From Rhynchopus sp. YZ270_cl-10 (Eukaryota), in NCBI GenBank assembly GCA_964035575.1, contig OZ037845.1, positions 1,364,001 to 1,428,000 of the forward strand: 64,000 bases of DNA, written 5' to 3'. The notes beneath the pieces are model-generated. The model saw nothing but the letters and a program-made list of their open reading frames with translations. It was not told the DNA's origin and did no database searches. Each line of letters opens with the position of its first letter. Position 1 is the stretch's first letter. The translations under genes and the position numbers were made by a program. Shown in pieces: positions 34,952 through 47,661 of this stretch.

Positions 34952-37510
34952 ATGCCGCCCGCATCCAAAGGGGGGGAACATGACATCAGCTTCTCCTCTT
35001 CCAACACCAACACCGCCTCATGCGAGCCGAGGGAGCCTATGTGGTTCTGCGCTGTGGGTGCCGTAGGCTTTAACATCGAGGTGGGCCACGAGATGACGTG
35101 CTTCTTTCCTGAAGAGGTCTGCGAGATGGCCGACGACGATACACAAACGGAGGAAAGCGAACTCCCCATCAGCGACCTTGTCTTCTCCGCTGTCCCTGAC
35201 CTGGGTGCAGACGAATGCCTATCACCGCGTACATTCGACTTCTCAACATCCTCCGGCTCCAGCAGCCCAACCCGCTCTGTGAGTAGTAGTGGCTCCTCCT
35301 TGGGGTTTCAGCTGCAACGTCATCAGTTTGCGACGGAGTACAAAGGGCGTCAGGTCTTTGGTTGGTCTGTGTATGTGCAGAAGCAGGACACACGGAGGCC
35401 ACGGAATGCAGCGCAGCAGGCGTTCTTTTTGTTGAGCCCGCTGCCGTTGAATGTGCTTGCGTATGATGTGCTGGAGAGCATCGCACGGCGGTACTCTGAC
35501 ATCGTGGAGAAGGAGCCCTTTGAGGAGCTTGTATTGGTCAAGGAATGTCTCTGGCAGCATTGGATGTCCTTCTACAGCTGGCCCGAGCCTGCGTGCTGCG
35601 CAAAGATCGACCTTCAGGTGACCAACCCATGCATGGTGCCTGCAGCGAAGTCCTACCAGCTCCCCTGCTTCCGTTCCCAAGGCTACTATGGAAACACCTC
35701 GCTCGTCTCCTCCTCCCGCATCACCCTGCCACGCAAGGTCACTGTCGACAGCAAGAAGGTCGAAAGTGAAGAGGACGACGTCCGCCTCAGCAAGCACATC
35801 CTCCTCTTCAAATCGTTCTGCGCAGCCAGCGCCGAACCCTCCATGATGCACTCCGAGATCATGACCCGCTCCGAAAGCAACAAGAGCAGGCTGCTTGCAC
35901 GCTCCGTCTCCGGATCCACTGTCGACACTTCCCTCCTCACCTCCGACGCAAAACAAGAAAGACAACCCGACCAATTCACCTACAAAGACTCCCCTTTATT
36001 CGCACCACTGCCCAACAACAGTTTACTCCCCTTTGCTCCGTTTGAAGAAGCGGAAGAGGCGATGACGATTGGCGGATCCGCTGTAGGGGTAGCTCTGGAA
36101 GCACTCCCGGAGACTGTGAGGGTGCGGGTTATGAAGAAGAAGAGGCCGGACAACTTTTTGTTTTTGGACTCTCCGCTGCGGAATAGGCATTTACAGAGTA
36201 GCAGCAACTTCAAAAAATTCAATATACCTCGGGTTGTCTGCAACAACAACCACAGCAACCAAACTGTCGCCTTTCAGGACTACAGCATCAAGAGGTACCT
36301 TGCGCCACATCTTGCCCGCATTAGAAAGCTGTGGGAAATCATGATCGCAGGGGAATCGATGTGCGTCGTCGCAGACTCCAGCGAGTCTGCCAGCCACGCT
36401 GTTGTCACCCTCACCAACCTCATCCAACCCCTAACCTACGTCGGCCAGGTCCTCCCCTACGTAACACTCCAAAACAAACAAAGCGAAGAGGTAGAAGGTC
36501 TCCCTGAGAAGGGGACCATCTTTGGCTGCACCAACCCCTACTTTTTGAAGAGTCTTGAAGGCTTCGATGCATGCCTTTCTCTGAACACCCGCTTTGTAAA
36601 TTCCCGCGACCTCAACAAAAACCATCGCAAGAAGAGGAAACGGTTTGCCCCTTTCATTGCAGAAGAAGTCGATGTCGAGAGAAACGACCTCTATACCGAC
36701 CGGGTCTTCAGTGTACTTTCACCGGAGGAAGTTAACAAACGACCTGCCAAGACGGTCAGACAGATGACAAATGAGTTTCTTTACCCTTTGTACTCTCATA
36801 TTTCTGCAGTGCTGGAAGGTGGGTTGTCACGGATTGATGAAGGATGTGAACTCTTTGTTGGGGAACTCTGGGCATTCTTTTTCCTCGCAACAGAACCATC
36901 TGGGAAGGCTACGCAGAGAACACGCTTTGCGAACTACCCTGCACCGTTTTCTGTGGGAAATCTTCTCGAGGAGGTGATGAACTTTCTTGCCAATCACGAC
37001 GATGCACAATCCATGTGGAAGAAAACCGATTCCCCGCTCACGCTCTATCACGACTTTCTCCACACCCCTACCTGCCTTCTTTGGATGAGCCAGCTCTTTT
37101 TCGGATTTTACCAAAAATTCCTCGAACAGCTCATTGCACTAACATCCAAAGACGCTACAACGGAAGACCGTGAAATCTCTATCACCACCGCATTGTCAGC
37201 AGATATCATCAGAAAGCTTCAAGGCCAACTTCAGGTTCATATCTCCAGAGAAGCTGACACTGTAGTACAAGACACCACAATCATCCTGCTGCTGAATAAG
37301 GTGAGTTATATACTGTCTGAAGTGAATTTACCTGAGGATGAGCTCACGCAAGGAGAAGAGCAATGCGACGCTGTGCGCCCTCGCGCCTGCGGAATGGACT
37401 TATTCTCAGACACCAACCCCTCAGGGAAGATCGACCATCCGATTCTCTCACCCAATAAAAATAGCCCCGGCGCTTTTACCTATAAATGCCCTACTGAGAT
37501 CGTCATTTGA
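34952..37510 (+). CDS. DENN-domain protein (DENND6/Avl9-like Rab GEF)
   Basis: VGFNIEVG (uDENN), QKQD...R.A.Q.AFFLLS, LWEIMIAGES, LIQPLTY.G...PYVT, FGCTNPYFLK. Confidence 0.8.
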   Translation: MPPASKGGEHDISFSSSNTNTASCEPREPMWFCAVGAVGFNIEVGHEMTCFFPEEVCEMADDDTQTEESELPISDLVFSAVPDLGADECLSPRTFDFSTSSGSSSPTRSVSSSGSSLGFQLQRHQFATEYKGRQVFGWSVYVQKQDTRRPRNAAQQAFFLLSPLPLNVLAYDVLESIARRYSDIVEKEPFEELVLVKECLWQHWMSFYSWPEPACCAKIDLQVTNPCMVPAAKSYQLPCFRSQGYYGNTSLVSSSRITLPRKVTVDSKKVESEEDDVRLSKHILLFKSFCAASAEPSMMHSEIMTRSESNKSRLLARSVSGSTVDTSLLTSDAKQERQPDQFTYKDSPLFAPLPNNSLLPFAPFEEAEEAMTIGGSAVGVALEALPETVRVRVMKKKRPDNFLFLDSPLRNRHLQSSSNFKKFNIPRVVCNNNHSNQTVAFQDYSIKRYLAPHLARIRKLWEIMIAGESMCVVADSSESASHAVVTLTNLIQPLTYVGQVLPYVTLQNKQSEEVEGLPEKGTIFGCTNPYFLKSLEGFDACLSLNTRFVNSRDLNKNHRKKRKRFAPFIAEEVDVERNDLYTDRVFSVLSPEEVNKRPAKTVRQMTNEFLYPLYSHISAVLEGGLSRIDEGCELFVGELWAFFFLATEPSGKATQRTRFANYPAPFSVGNLLEEVMNFLANHDDAQSMWKKTDSPLTLYHDFLHTPTCLLWMSQLFFGFYQKFLEQLIALTSKDATTEDREISITTALSADIIRKLQGQLQVHISREADTVVQDTTIILLLNKVSYILSEVNLPEDELTQGEEQCDAVRPRACGMDLFSDTNPSGKIDHPILSPNKNSPGAFTYKCPTEIVI

Positions 37511-38636
37511 AAGCAAGAAGGATTTTTTTAGTTCTTTTTTTGTGGTAGTTTAGTGTTTACCAATTGAAGTTTCGAACGAAAAAAAATATGGAAAAATTCA
37601 AAAAAAAATAGAATGAAAAGGAAAAAAGGAAAAGGGGAGGGGTGGGTGGGTGGGGTTGTTCTCATTACCCACTTTTTTTTCTTTCATTTTCGTTAGTAAC
37701 CCACCCCCGAATGGGAGAAAAAATGGGTATTACCGAGAATGGCTATTTTGAGGAGTTGGGTATTGAGAAAAAAACACAGTGGAGATTGCACAAACTGTGG
37801 CAACACTACGGAGGCAACTACACTACTCCAACAATTTATCAAAAAAAAAAAAAAATCCCCTACTTTTAAAGGTGGCTAAGCACAAGAAGGCTTAGGGTAT
37901 CTTATCAAATTACATTTTTTTTGTCTTTTGTAGATAGGTTTTTGTCCCCAACCCCTTTGGTGTAAGAGCACAGAGTCTATTCATTTTCTCATACAATATG
38001 AAAACCATTTTTTTTTTAGGTGAGAGGTTTAGGGTGAAATTTTTCATTTTTTTTTCGCAAAGCCCTCACATGACAGTGTACCTTGGTACACTGTCATGAG
38101 AGGGCGCTGTAAGTCAACCCCTTTTTTTTTTAAATTGGTTTTCAGCGGGACAGTTCGTCCTTTGTATGTGTTTATTAGATGACTTTTTCTCTTGGTGGTT
38201 ATAATCCGATTGTATCCCTGAGGGGGGGATTGAGGGACGAATCCTTTTATGATGTGTGTGATTTTCTTTTGTTGTCTTTTGTTCATTTCCATCATGAAAG
38301 TTAATTGGCCTGTCTTCATTTTTTATTTTTTATTTTTTATTTTTTCAAAGTTTTCTTTTCGCGCTTTTCTTTTTGCGTTCACAGATTTCCCTGAACAAGA
38401 CTTACCCGCTATGCTGTACGTGATTTTACTCAACGGTATTCTACGTAAGCAGAGACGTACACAGTTTTTAGTTTTTGCATTCTTCTTCTGATGTGCATTT
38501 TTACTCTTTGTTTTTTTTAGTATTCGTTGGGTACATTCTTGCGCACTGCTTAGTTTGCGCCCTCTTTTCTTTTTTCTTGTGGAAATGACTGTATGCCTGC
38601 TTACAGTTTCCCTGTCAGCAACTCTCACACTCTGGG

Positions 38637-38759
38637 GTAATGGTGGCAGTATTGTGATGGGAGCCCATTGGAATACCCAAAATACATCACAGCACACTGT
38701 GTATTGTGATGTATTTTGCGTATTGCAATGGGCTCCCATCACAATACTGCCACCATTAC
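38637..38759. mobile_element. 123-bp near-perfect hairpin MITE with TCTGGG flanking duplication
   Basis: GTAATGGTGGCAGTATTGTGATGGGAGCCCATTG and its exact inverse; TCTGGG at 38631 and 38760. Confidence 0.75.
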
Positions 38760-41700
38760 TCTGGGGGGATTCGATAACCCCATAGTGTCCGTTGCCTTCC
38801 TAAGGCAGATTTTTTTTTCTTTCTTTTTGCACTGAATCAACTTTTTTTTGGTGCCTGCGTCCTTAGACGCTTGCACCCTCCAAAAGCATTCTTTTTAAAG
38901 AAACCAATTTACCCTCGCTATCTCTCATCTCTGACTTGCCTCCGCTCTAGAGAGTGAAGAGAACAGGGTAATATTAGCTTCTTATACTTCCCTTTCCCCA
39001 AGGGAAGGAAAAGGATGGTGCTTTTTGACAACGTTTAGATGTGGTTCCGGATGCGGAAGAAAAAAAAATCTCGGAAAGTTCGGAAAATTAGCGAACACCC
39101 TGAATATATTTAATCCTCTCAACCCTGAGGTAGACTCACCCTTCAAGCTTCCTTCCTTCCTTCTTTTTTTGGGTAGGTGACTAAGTACGAGAGGCTTAGG
39201 TTCATCTTATAAACTTTCATTTTCTTTTTTTTTAGTGCCTGCGCCCATCGAGGGCTATAATCAAACAATTTTTTTTTTCATAACCTGCTGTGATTCTTTT
39301 GTTCGTTCGACACAAAGAAAAGCAAATCACTTCCCCCCCTTCCCCTGAGTGTCCATACACAATGAAAATACATTTACTACGCGGCTTTTGCTGCACAGAA
39401 TCAGGGTTAAAAAAAGGGGGTTTTTGGATTTTCAGAAACCCCCAAGATGGCAATTACATGCGGGTGTTTTTTTTTTTTCTTTCCCCCGCCCTTTTTTTGC
39501 TGCTATCAGAGCCTTAATTTCTTTTGGAGATGTTGTGAAGGAAAAAACTGCCTTCTTTCCAATTTTCTTTTATTCTTTATGTTCGTCTTCCCTTTCTTTT
39601 ATCCCCTTCTACCCTTCTCCCCTGAACCGAAATACTTTTTTTCATACGCTCTGCACAAAAAGGTGAAGAACACCCAAAGGGTGTCTACACTAGTGCCAAC
39701 ACAAAGAAAACCCCCATTACGTACAAGGTTTAGTTTCGGCATGCTGCATATATTTTGTCCATTACTCAGCCTACACCAGTCCACACCAATTTACCCCCCC
39801 ACTTTGTGGCCTGTTGCATCAGCGAGAATGTCCCCTCGTATGAGGCCTAGGCCTTTTTTAAATTTTTTTCAAAGAGCAAAAAAAAACACTCCGGTTCCCT
39901 GGCTTGACTATCCCACACTCGGAGTCGCCCTGCGTTCCGTGAGGTGTTTTTTTCGCACTATCAACTTAACCCTTTAGACCCCCCCAGCTGGTCATATATG
40001 TCCAAGTCTATCCAAGAACAAGGTTGTACTCATTTTTCGTACAAACATTTATGTAACTCAAAAGTGGGTCCAAAAATGGGTCTAAAGATTTTTTGTGAAG
40101 TTTTGGTGTCTTTTTTTTTTGTGGTACACACCATTTTCCCCTCCAAACTGCGAACAATTTAAACAACCGTTCGCGTTGGGTGTGTGTTTTTCAAGACACA
40201 CACCTGCCGTATCTTTCTCCCACCCCATTTTATCCCCCCCTTTTTTTCCGCGAACCAAAAGTCTCTGCTTTAGAAACGGGCCTTTATCTTGTAAGAAGAG
40301 TTCAACACTTCATGTGTGTTGTTCTCTTCTGCTCCCCAACTTGATTGTCAGAGACGAATCACGGGTGTTAAACTCTCTCTCTCTCTCTCTCTCTCTTTTT
40401 TTCTCCCTTTTGATGTTGTGTGCACGAGAGGTTCTTCTTCTTACAAGTTTTCCTTTTTTTCTTTCTTTCTGTCTGTGTCAATATTGTTGCCGCAGACATT
40501 TCCGTTCCGTTCAAAAACCTTTTATTATATGACATCCACCAAGTATAAACTATGTCTACCGTAGGTTTAAAAAAATCAGCTGTTTTGTTGTTGTGGACTG
40601 TTTTATGGCACCGTGCGAACAGTTCACTATTTTGCAATCCAGGACATATGGGGGTACACATTCTTTTTGAGGTGGCTAAAGTATACACTACACATCAACT
40701 TTTCTCTCTTTTGTGGTAGTGGTTCAACAGATTTGAGGATGGACCATTTTGCTTACGGAGTGGCGTGTTTTTCAAAGAAAAAAAATTTTTACTAAGCACG
40801 AGAGGCTTAGGGTCATCTTATAAACTTTATTTTGTGCGTTTCAACCTTTTATAAGGGCCGGGCTGTGATTGTTTTCACAACAGCATTGGGTGTGCCCCTG
40901 TTTTGCCTACCTCTGAATTGGGCTGACATGTATCAGAATGAGAGCGATTTTTTTAGTTCTCAATTCTGTGCATCATCAGCCCTTTTCTCGGGTTCAAAAA
41001 AATTCGTTTTGTAAGCTGCTTGGGTACACGATACACACCCATACTTTCTTTTTCGTTTTTTTTTATTCTTTTGAAGAGAAAGTATACGAATTCTCTTTTA
41101 GTGACATGCGTGCACAAGAGGCACTTGCATGACAACCTTTTTTGTGTCTCGATGTTGCTGTACTGTGTTGCGGTCATTTAAGGTATATTACAACTTAAGT
41201 TTTTAAACTTTTTCTCTTTGGTTTTGTCAAAAAGTGCTGCATATGTATGCAAAAACGCTTTCTCTCTCACTTTCTCTATTTGACGCTAGTTTAGTAGTCT
41301 TTTTTTACGTTCTGTTCGGTTCTCCTTCGTTTTGTTCTTTTCCCCCCTTCCCTCTACCTAGGTGACTCAACACGAGAGGTTGACGTTCATCTTGACCAAC
41401 TTTTCTTTTTATTTTTTACCTAAAATTCCTTTTAGGCTGGCATCGTACGTCAGTCGGAGGTGTCTGCATTACTAGCAACTCTCTTCAAGATGTGTGTACA
41501 CGAGAGACATTCATCTTACAAGTTTTCTTTGTTTCCCTGTCAGCAACCCCTCAAGTGTCAGTGTGCCTGCGTCCCAGAGGCGTGTTGCACCAATTTCACT
41601 TTCCCCCTTCCTTTTTCCCTAAGTAAAATGACCGTTATAGCTGAACGACACCTTTTCGATCATGTATGCCCTATTTTTCCCCTAAGTTTTTAGTGCTTGC

Positions 41701-42689
41701 TGTCCGCTGATGTACGGTGAGGTGTGATGCATTTTTTTTTTTTTAAAAACTTCTCTTTAGTTATTTAGATGACTAATCACAGAGAGGTTTAGGTTCATTT
41801 TATGAACTTCTCTTTAGTTTCGCCTGCTACACATTTTTGTCGATGACTCAAAATTAAACCCCCCCCCCCTCATTGTTTTAGTTTGGAATTTCCACTCCTT
41901 TTCACCCCCCTTTTAAAAATAGCTGATGCGATTTGCAAGGATTTTTGAAGATTTGAGCTCCCCCCCTTTTGTTGTCTACAACACTAATAAAAAACAGAGC
42001 ACAAAGCATTTTCAAACTACCCCTTTTTTTGTTGTTTTTGTATGACTATGCACAGTGCTGTATTTTCATATATTTCAAGCTTTCCTTTTTTGTTCTTTTT
42101 TGTTCTTTTTTGTTCTCTTTTTTTTTACAACAAAACATAATCCAGACGTGTGTACCCCTTTTTCTTTTTTTCTGTGCTGTATTTCATTGGTCCCCCCCTC
42201 CCCCAGCGAAGTCCACAGATTATGGGAGCTGGCATATATACCTCCAGCCGGTTCCCTCTCCCGAACACTCTAGGCATACACTCGATGCGAGTCGCATGCG
42301 AGAATCATTATCGCACTATCGTACACCATTCTTGCACCATTATCGCATGCGATAATCATTATCGCTCACGTAGAAGGATTTTTGGTCGTGCGAGAGTGAG
42401 CGATAATTGTGCGATAATTTTTCGCCAGACCAGAATTGTGCGAGGATGCGAGAATGCGACTCTCATCGGGGTGTATGTCTAGGGGAGGGTTCGATAACCC
42501 CACGGAGTGTCAGTGCTCTGCGTCCCAGAGGCGTTTTGCACTGTCAACTTTACTCTACTTTTTTTTTTGTGTGAAAAATCGTCTTATGTCTAGATGTATG
42601 TGGGGAAGAAAAAAAAACTTTCCCACACACAGCACCATGATACTCTTTACCTTTCCCCATATCCATCCCCCCGATTCCCCCCCCCCCTA

Positions 42690-43886
42690 GGGCCAGCGAC
42701 TCCGCCGTTTTAACGTGGGAGCCAATGTCGCTTTAACCTGTTACGGTACTTCTGGCCATTTCCAGGCCACCTCTGGTCGGAAAACCCCCCAGAACTGGGT
42801 CAGAAACACCCTGTGACCCGAAAATTCATGATTAGGGCGACCCAGAATATGCTAAAATGCGAAAAAATAGTGAAAAAGTGGCTTTTTGACGGTTTTGGCC
42901 ATGTTGGGTAAAATGGCCATTTTTTGAGAAAAAAACCAAAAAAACAGCAAAATTTCGACATCATGACGGCTGCTTGGGCACAAAACTACCCCAGGGATGT
43001 CCCGTGAGTCCATTCCGACCTGTTTTGGACACTTTCGGTACTTTTTTTGGCCGTTTTTTGGTGTTTTTGTGGTAAAAAACGTCCTATGATAGTCCTATAC
43101 TAATCGCAAGACGCCATTTGTCCCACAGTCTGGGCCAATATGGGGGCCCACAAATGGGTAAAAACCCCCGAAAAAGCACTCCAGGAACCCAGATAGTTCC
43201 AAATATCCACCAGACACCCACCCAAACACCGCAGAAACACCACAGAAAATCGTCTTGAAAAACACACTTTTTTCAAAAAGGTCATTATGGAGCCTGTCTG
43301 ACAACCTTTTTGAAAAAAGTGTGTTTTTTAAGACAACTTTCTGTGGTGTTTCTGCGGTGTTTGGGTGGGTGTCTGGTGGATATTTGGAACTATCTGGGTT
43401 CCTGGAGTGCTTTTTCGGGGGTTTTTACCCATTTGTGGGCCCCCATATTGGCCCAGACTGTGGGACAAATGGCGTCTTGCGATTAGTATAGGACTATCAT
43501 AGGACGTTTTTTACCACAAAAACACCAAAAAACGGCCAAAAAAAGTACCGAAAGTGTCCAAAACAGGTCGGAATGGACTCACGGGACATCCCTGGGGTAG
43601 TTTTGTGCCCAAGCAGCCGTCATGATGTCGAAATTTTGCTGTTTTTTTGGTTTTTTTCTCAAAAAATGGCCATTTTACCCAACATGGCCAAAACCGTCAA
43701 AAAGCCACTTTTTCACTATTTTTTCGCATTTTAGCATATTCTGGGTCGCCCTAATCATGAATTTTCGGGTCACAGGGTGTTTCTGACCCAGTTCTGGGGG
43801 GTTTTCCGACCAGAGGTGGCTTGGAAATGGCCAGAAATGCCGTAACAGGTTAAAGCGACACAATTTTACTAGGGAGTCGCTCCCCC
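42690..43886. mobile_element. TA-flanked foldback element (~570-bp internal inverted arms); inverted copy at 47675-48871
   Basis: Self-complementary around ~43290; termini GGGCCAGCGACTCC / GGAGTCGCTCCCCC. Confidence 0.85.
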
Positions 43887-44087
43887 TACCCCCCCCCTAG
43901 GCATACATAGCGTGCGAACGGCTCATTCGCATCATTCGCATCCTGTTCGCATTGGGTATTCGCATCCTGTTCGCATTGGCCAATGCGAACAGGATGCGAA
44001 TGACATACGAATAACATTTATTATGGGGTGGCGACAGGCAAGTTCTCATTTTTTGGTCAATTTCCGCACTACACAGTACACACAATA

Positions 44088-44646
44088 CACAGTATACACA
44101 GTATACACAGTATACACAGTATACACAGTATACACAGTATACACAGTATACACAGTATACACAGTATACACAGTATACACAGTATACACAGTATACACAG
44201 TATACACAGTATACACAGTATACACAGTATACACAGTATACACAGTATACACAGTATACACAGTATACACAGTATACACAGTATACACAGTATACACAGT
44301 ATACACAGTATACACAGTATACACAGTATACACAGTATACACAGTATACACAGTATACACAGTATACACAGTATACACAGTATACACAGTATACACAGTA
44401 TACACAGTATACACAGTATACACAGTATACACAGTATACACAGTATACACAGTATACACAGTATACACAGTATACACAGTATACACAGTATACACAGTAT
44501 ACACAGTATACACAGTATACACAGTATACACAGTATACACAGTATACACAGTATACACAGTATACACAGTATACACAGTACACACAGAATACACAGTATA
44601 CACAGTATACACAGTATACACAGTGTACACAGTATACACAGTATAC
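44088..44646. repeat. (TACACAGTA)n nonamer satellite, ~62 units
   Basis: Tandem repeat. Confidence 0.98.
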
Positions 44647-45048
44647 CATAGCTGATAAGCTAATAAAGCCTAATAGGATATTAGCCTATTTAAGCCTTAT
44701 AGAATAGGCTAATGAAACTGGAATAGGCTAATATTTTATTAGCCTATTCCAGTCCTTCCCAGCTACCACTGGTGGTACGGTGGTAGCTGGCTTAACCCGT
44801 TAAACAAATCCGAAAAATCCAAAATTTAAGGCCAACTCCGTTACAGACACAACACAACTTATTTCTCTTGTGTTTTTCACTGATGAGCGTGAGTGAGGTG
44901 TATGTTACAGCACCGACTGCAGCCTACGTCTAAGATGGCATATAATAGGCTATTAGCCCAATATTAGCCTATTATAAGACATACTGTGGGTGTTATAACG
45001 TTATCGATAACGTTATAACAAGTGTTATTTTGGAATAACGTTATTCAG

Positions 45049-46214
45049 CAGTACAGTACAGTACAGTACAGTACAGTACAGTACAGTACAGTACAGTACA
45101 GTACAGTACAGTACAGTACAGTACAGTACAGTACAGTACAGTACAGTACAGTACAGTACAGTACAGTACAGTACAGTACAGTACAGTACAGTACAGTACA
45201 GTACAGTACAGTACAGTACAGTACAGTACAGTACAGTACAGTACAGTACAGTACAGTACAGTACAGTACAGTACAGTACAGTACAGTACAGTACAGTACA
45301 GTACAGTACAGTACAGTACAGTACAGTACAGTACAGTACAGTACAGTACAGTACAGTACAGTACAGTACAGTACAGTACAGTACAGTACAGTACAGTACA
45401 GTACAGTACAGTACAGTACAGTACAGTACAGTACAGTACAGTACAGTACAGTACAGTACAGTACAGTACAGTACAGTACAGTACAGTACAGTACAGTACA
45501 GTACAGTACAGTACAGTACAGTACAGTACAGTACAGTACAGTACAGTACAGTACAGTACAGTACAGTACAGTACAGTACAGTACAGTACAGTACAGTACA
45601 GTACAGTACAGTACAGTACAGTACAGTACAGTACAGTACAGTACAGTACAGTACAGTACAGTACAGTACAGTACAGTACAGTACAGTACAGTACAGTACA
45701 GTACAGTACAGTACAGTACAGTACAGTACAGTACAGTACAGTACAGTACAGTACAGTACAGTACAGTACAGTACAGTACAGTACAGTACAGTACAGTACA
45801 GTACAGTACAGTACAGTACAGTACAGTACAGTACAGTACAGTACAGTACAGTACAGTACAGTACAGTACAGTACAGTACAGTACAGTACAGTACAGTACA
45901 GTACAGTACAGTACAGTACAGTACAGTACAGTACAGTACAGTACAGTACAGTACAGTACAGTACAGTACAGTACAGTACAGTACAGTACAGTACAGTACA
46001 GTACAGTACAGTACAGTACAGTACAGTACAGTACAGTACAGTACAGTACAGTACAGTACAGTACAGTACAGTACAGTACAGTACAGTACAGTACAGTACA
46101 GTACAGTACAGTACAGTACAGTACAGTACAGTACAGTACAGTACAGTACAGTACAGTACAGTACAGTACAGTACAGTACAGTACAGTACAGTACAGTACA
46201 GTACAGTACAGTAC
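45049..46214. repeat. (CAGTA)n pentamer satellite, ~233 units
   Basis: Perfect tandem repeat. Confidence 0.98.
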
Positions 46215-46546
46215 CCCTGCTAACGACCCACCCAGAGTGGGACAAAAAAAGCTCATCCCAAAATATGCCGATCACAAAAAAATCACAAAAAACCCCGATA
46301 ATCCAACAATCACACACCCACAGAATTCACACACTACTATAACATTCGCACTACGTTCGCATCATTCGCACTATGTTCGCACTGTGTTCGCATCGTTCGC
46401 ATCATTCGCACATGCGAATATAGTGCGAATATAGTGCGAATGATGCGAATGATGCGAACGACAATGCGAATGAATGCGAACAGGATGCGAATGCATTCGC
46501 ACATGCGAATATATGCGAATGGTCATTCGCACGCTATGTATGCCTA

Positions 46547-47661
46547 GGGGGAGCCACGTATAAGGAAATCCTTAAGGATTTGCTGTCCGAAACCCATTTT
46601 TTTGAAATTTGGGTGAAGAAACCCACTAAAACGGGCGTACCTGGCCGCAAATCGCCCTGGGGATCACCCATATATCCCAATAAACCACCTGACGACCTTC
46701 ACAGAGCATTTCTTGTCTCAAAAAAATCGATTTTTTGTGAAAAAACACCCCAAAATTGCGTAACGCTTGCGTAACGCTTAGTGACCAAAATTTAGCACTT
46801 GCCAAGAAATTTCTCCAATCAGACAAAAATCCTTCTAAACACCCGAAAAACACCTCAGTCCACATCCGCTGGGGTCCCAGGGTGGAAATGTATAGTTTTT
46901 GCAGCTTTTAGGGGTCCTGGGAGGGTCCCAGGCGTATTCATGAGGGACGGAACCGCTTATAATGCCCGAAATTACCTCTTTTTTAGGGTGCTTTTTCACC
47001 TTAAAAATTCAAAAAAAAGTGCTCAGACAATCCACAAAATACCCCATTTTGGGACAAGTGGGACAAAAGTGGGACACGGGGTTATTTTGGGCAAAATAGC
47101 CCAAAAAGTGATCGCAAATATGATTCCCCACCCCGCAGGGGGCCTGGCGAGTAGTTCCGAGGGGGTTTTTACACTTCTGTGATTGTCTGAGCACTTTTTT
47201 TTGAATTTTTAAGGTGAAAAAGCACCCTAAAAAAGAGGTAATTTCGGGCATTATAAGCGGTTCCGTCCCTCATGAATACGCCTGGGACCCTCCCAGGACC
47301 CCTAAAAGCTGCAAAAACTATACATTTCCACCCTGGGACCCCAGCGGATGTGGACTGAGGTGTTGGTGTTTAGAAGGATTTTTGTCTGATTGGAGAAATT
47401 TCTTGGCAAGTGCTAAATTTTGGTCACTAAGCGTTACGCAAGCGTTACGCAATTTTGGGGTGTTTTTTCACAAAAAATCGATTTTTTTGAGACAAGAAAT
47501 GCTCTGTGAAGGTCGTCAGGTGGTTTATTGGGATATATGGGTGATCCCCAGGGCGATTTGCGGCCAGGTACGCCCGTTTTAGTGGGTTTCTTCACCCAAA
47601 TTTCAAAAAAATGGGTTTCGGACAGCAAATCCTTAAGGATTTCCTTATACGTGGCTCCCCC
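46547..47661. mobile_element. TA-flanked foldback element (~490-bp inverted arms), termini GGGGGAGCCACGTATAAGG
   Basis: Arms ~46547-47035 and ~47178-47661 are reverse complements. Confidence 0.88.

Larger units (their letters stand above)
43900..46544. mobile_element. TA-flanked TIR element (GGCATACATAGCGTGCGAA) with subterminal TTCGCA repeats, containing two satellites
   Basis: 19-bp TIR at 43900 and ending 46544. Confidence 0.8.

Noticed and set aside
42486..42502. tRNA or Pol III B-box (GGTTCGATAACCCC)
   Set aside because: No cloverleaf or convincing A-box nearby
43897..46434. Long ORFs (YTV, HSI, QYSTV, YCTVL repeats)
   Set aside because: Translations of stop-free satellites
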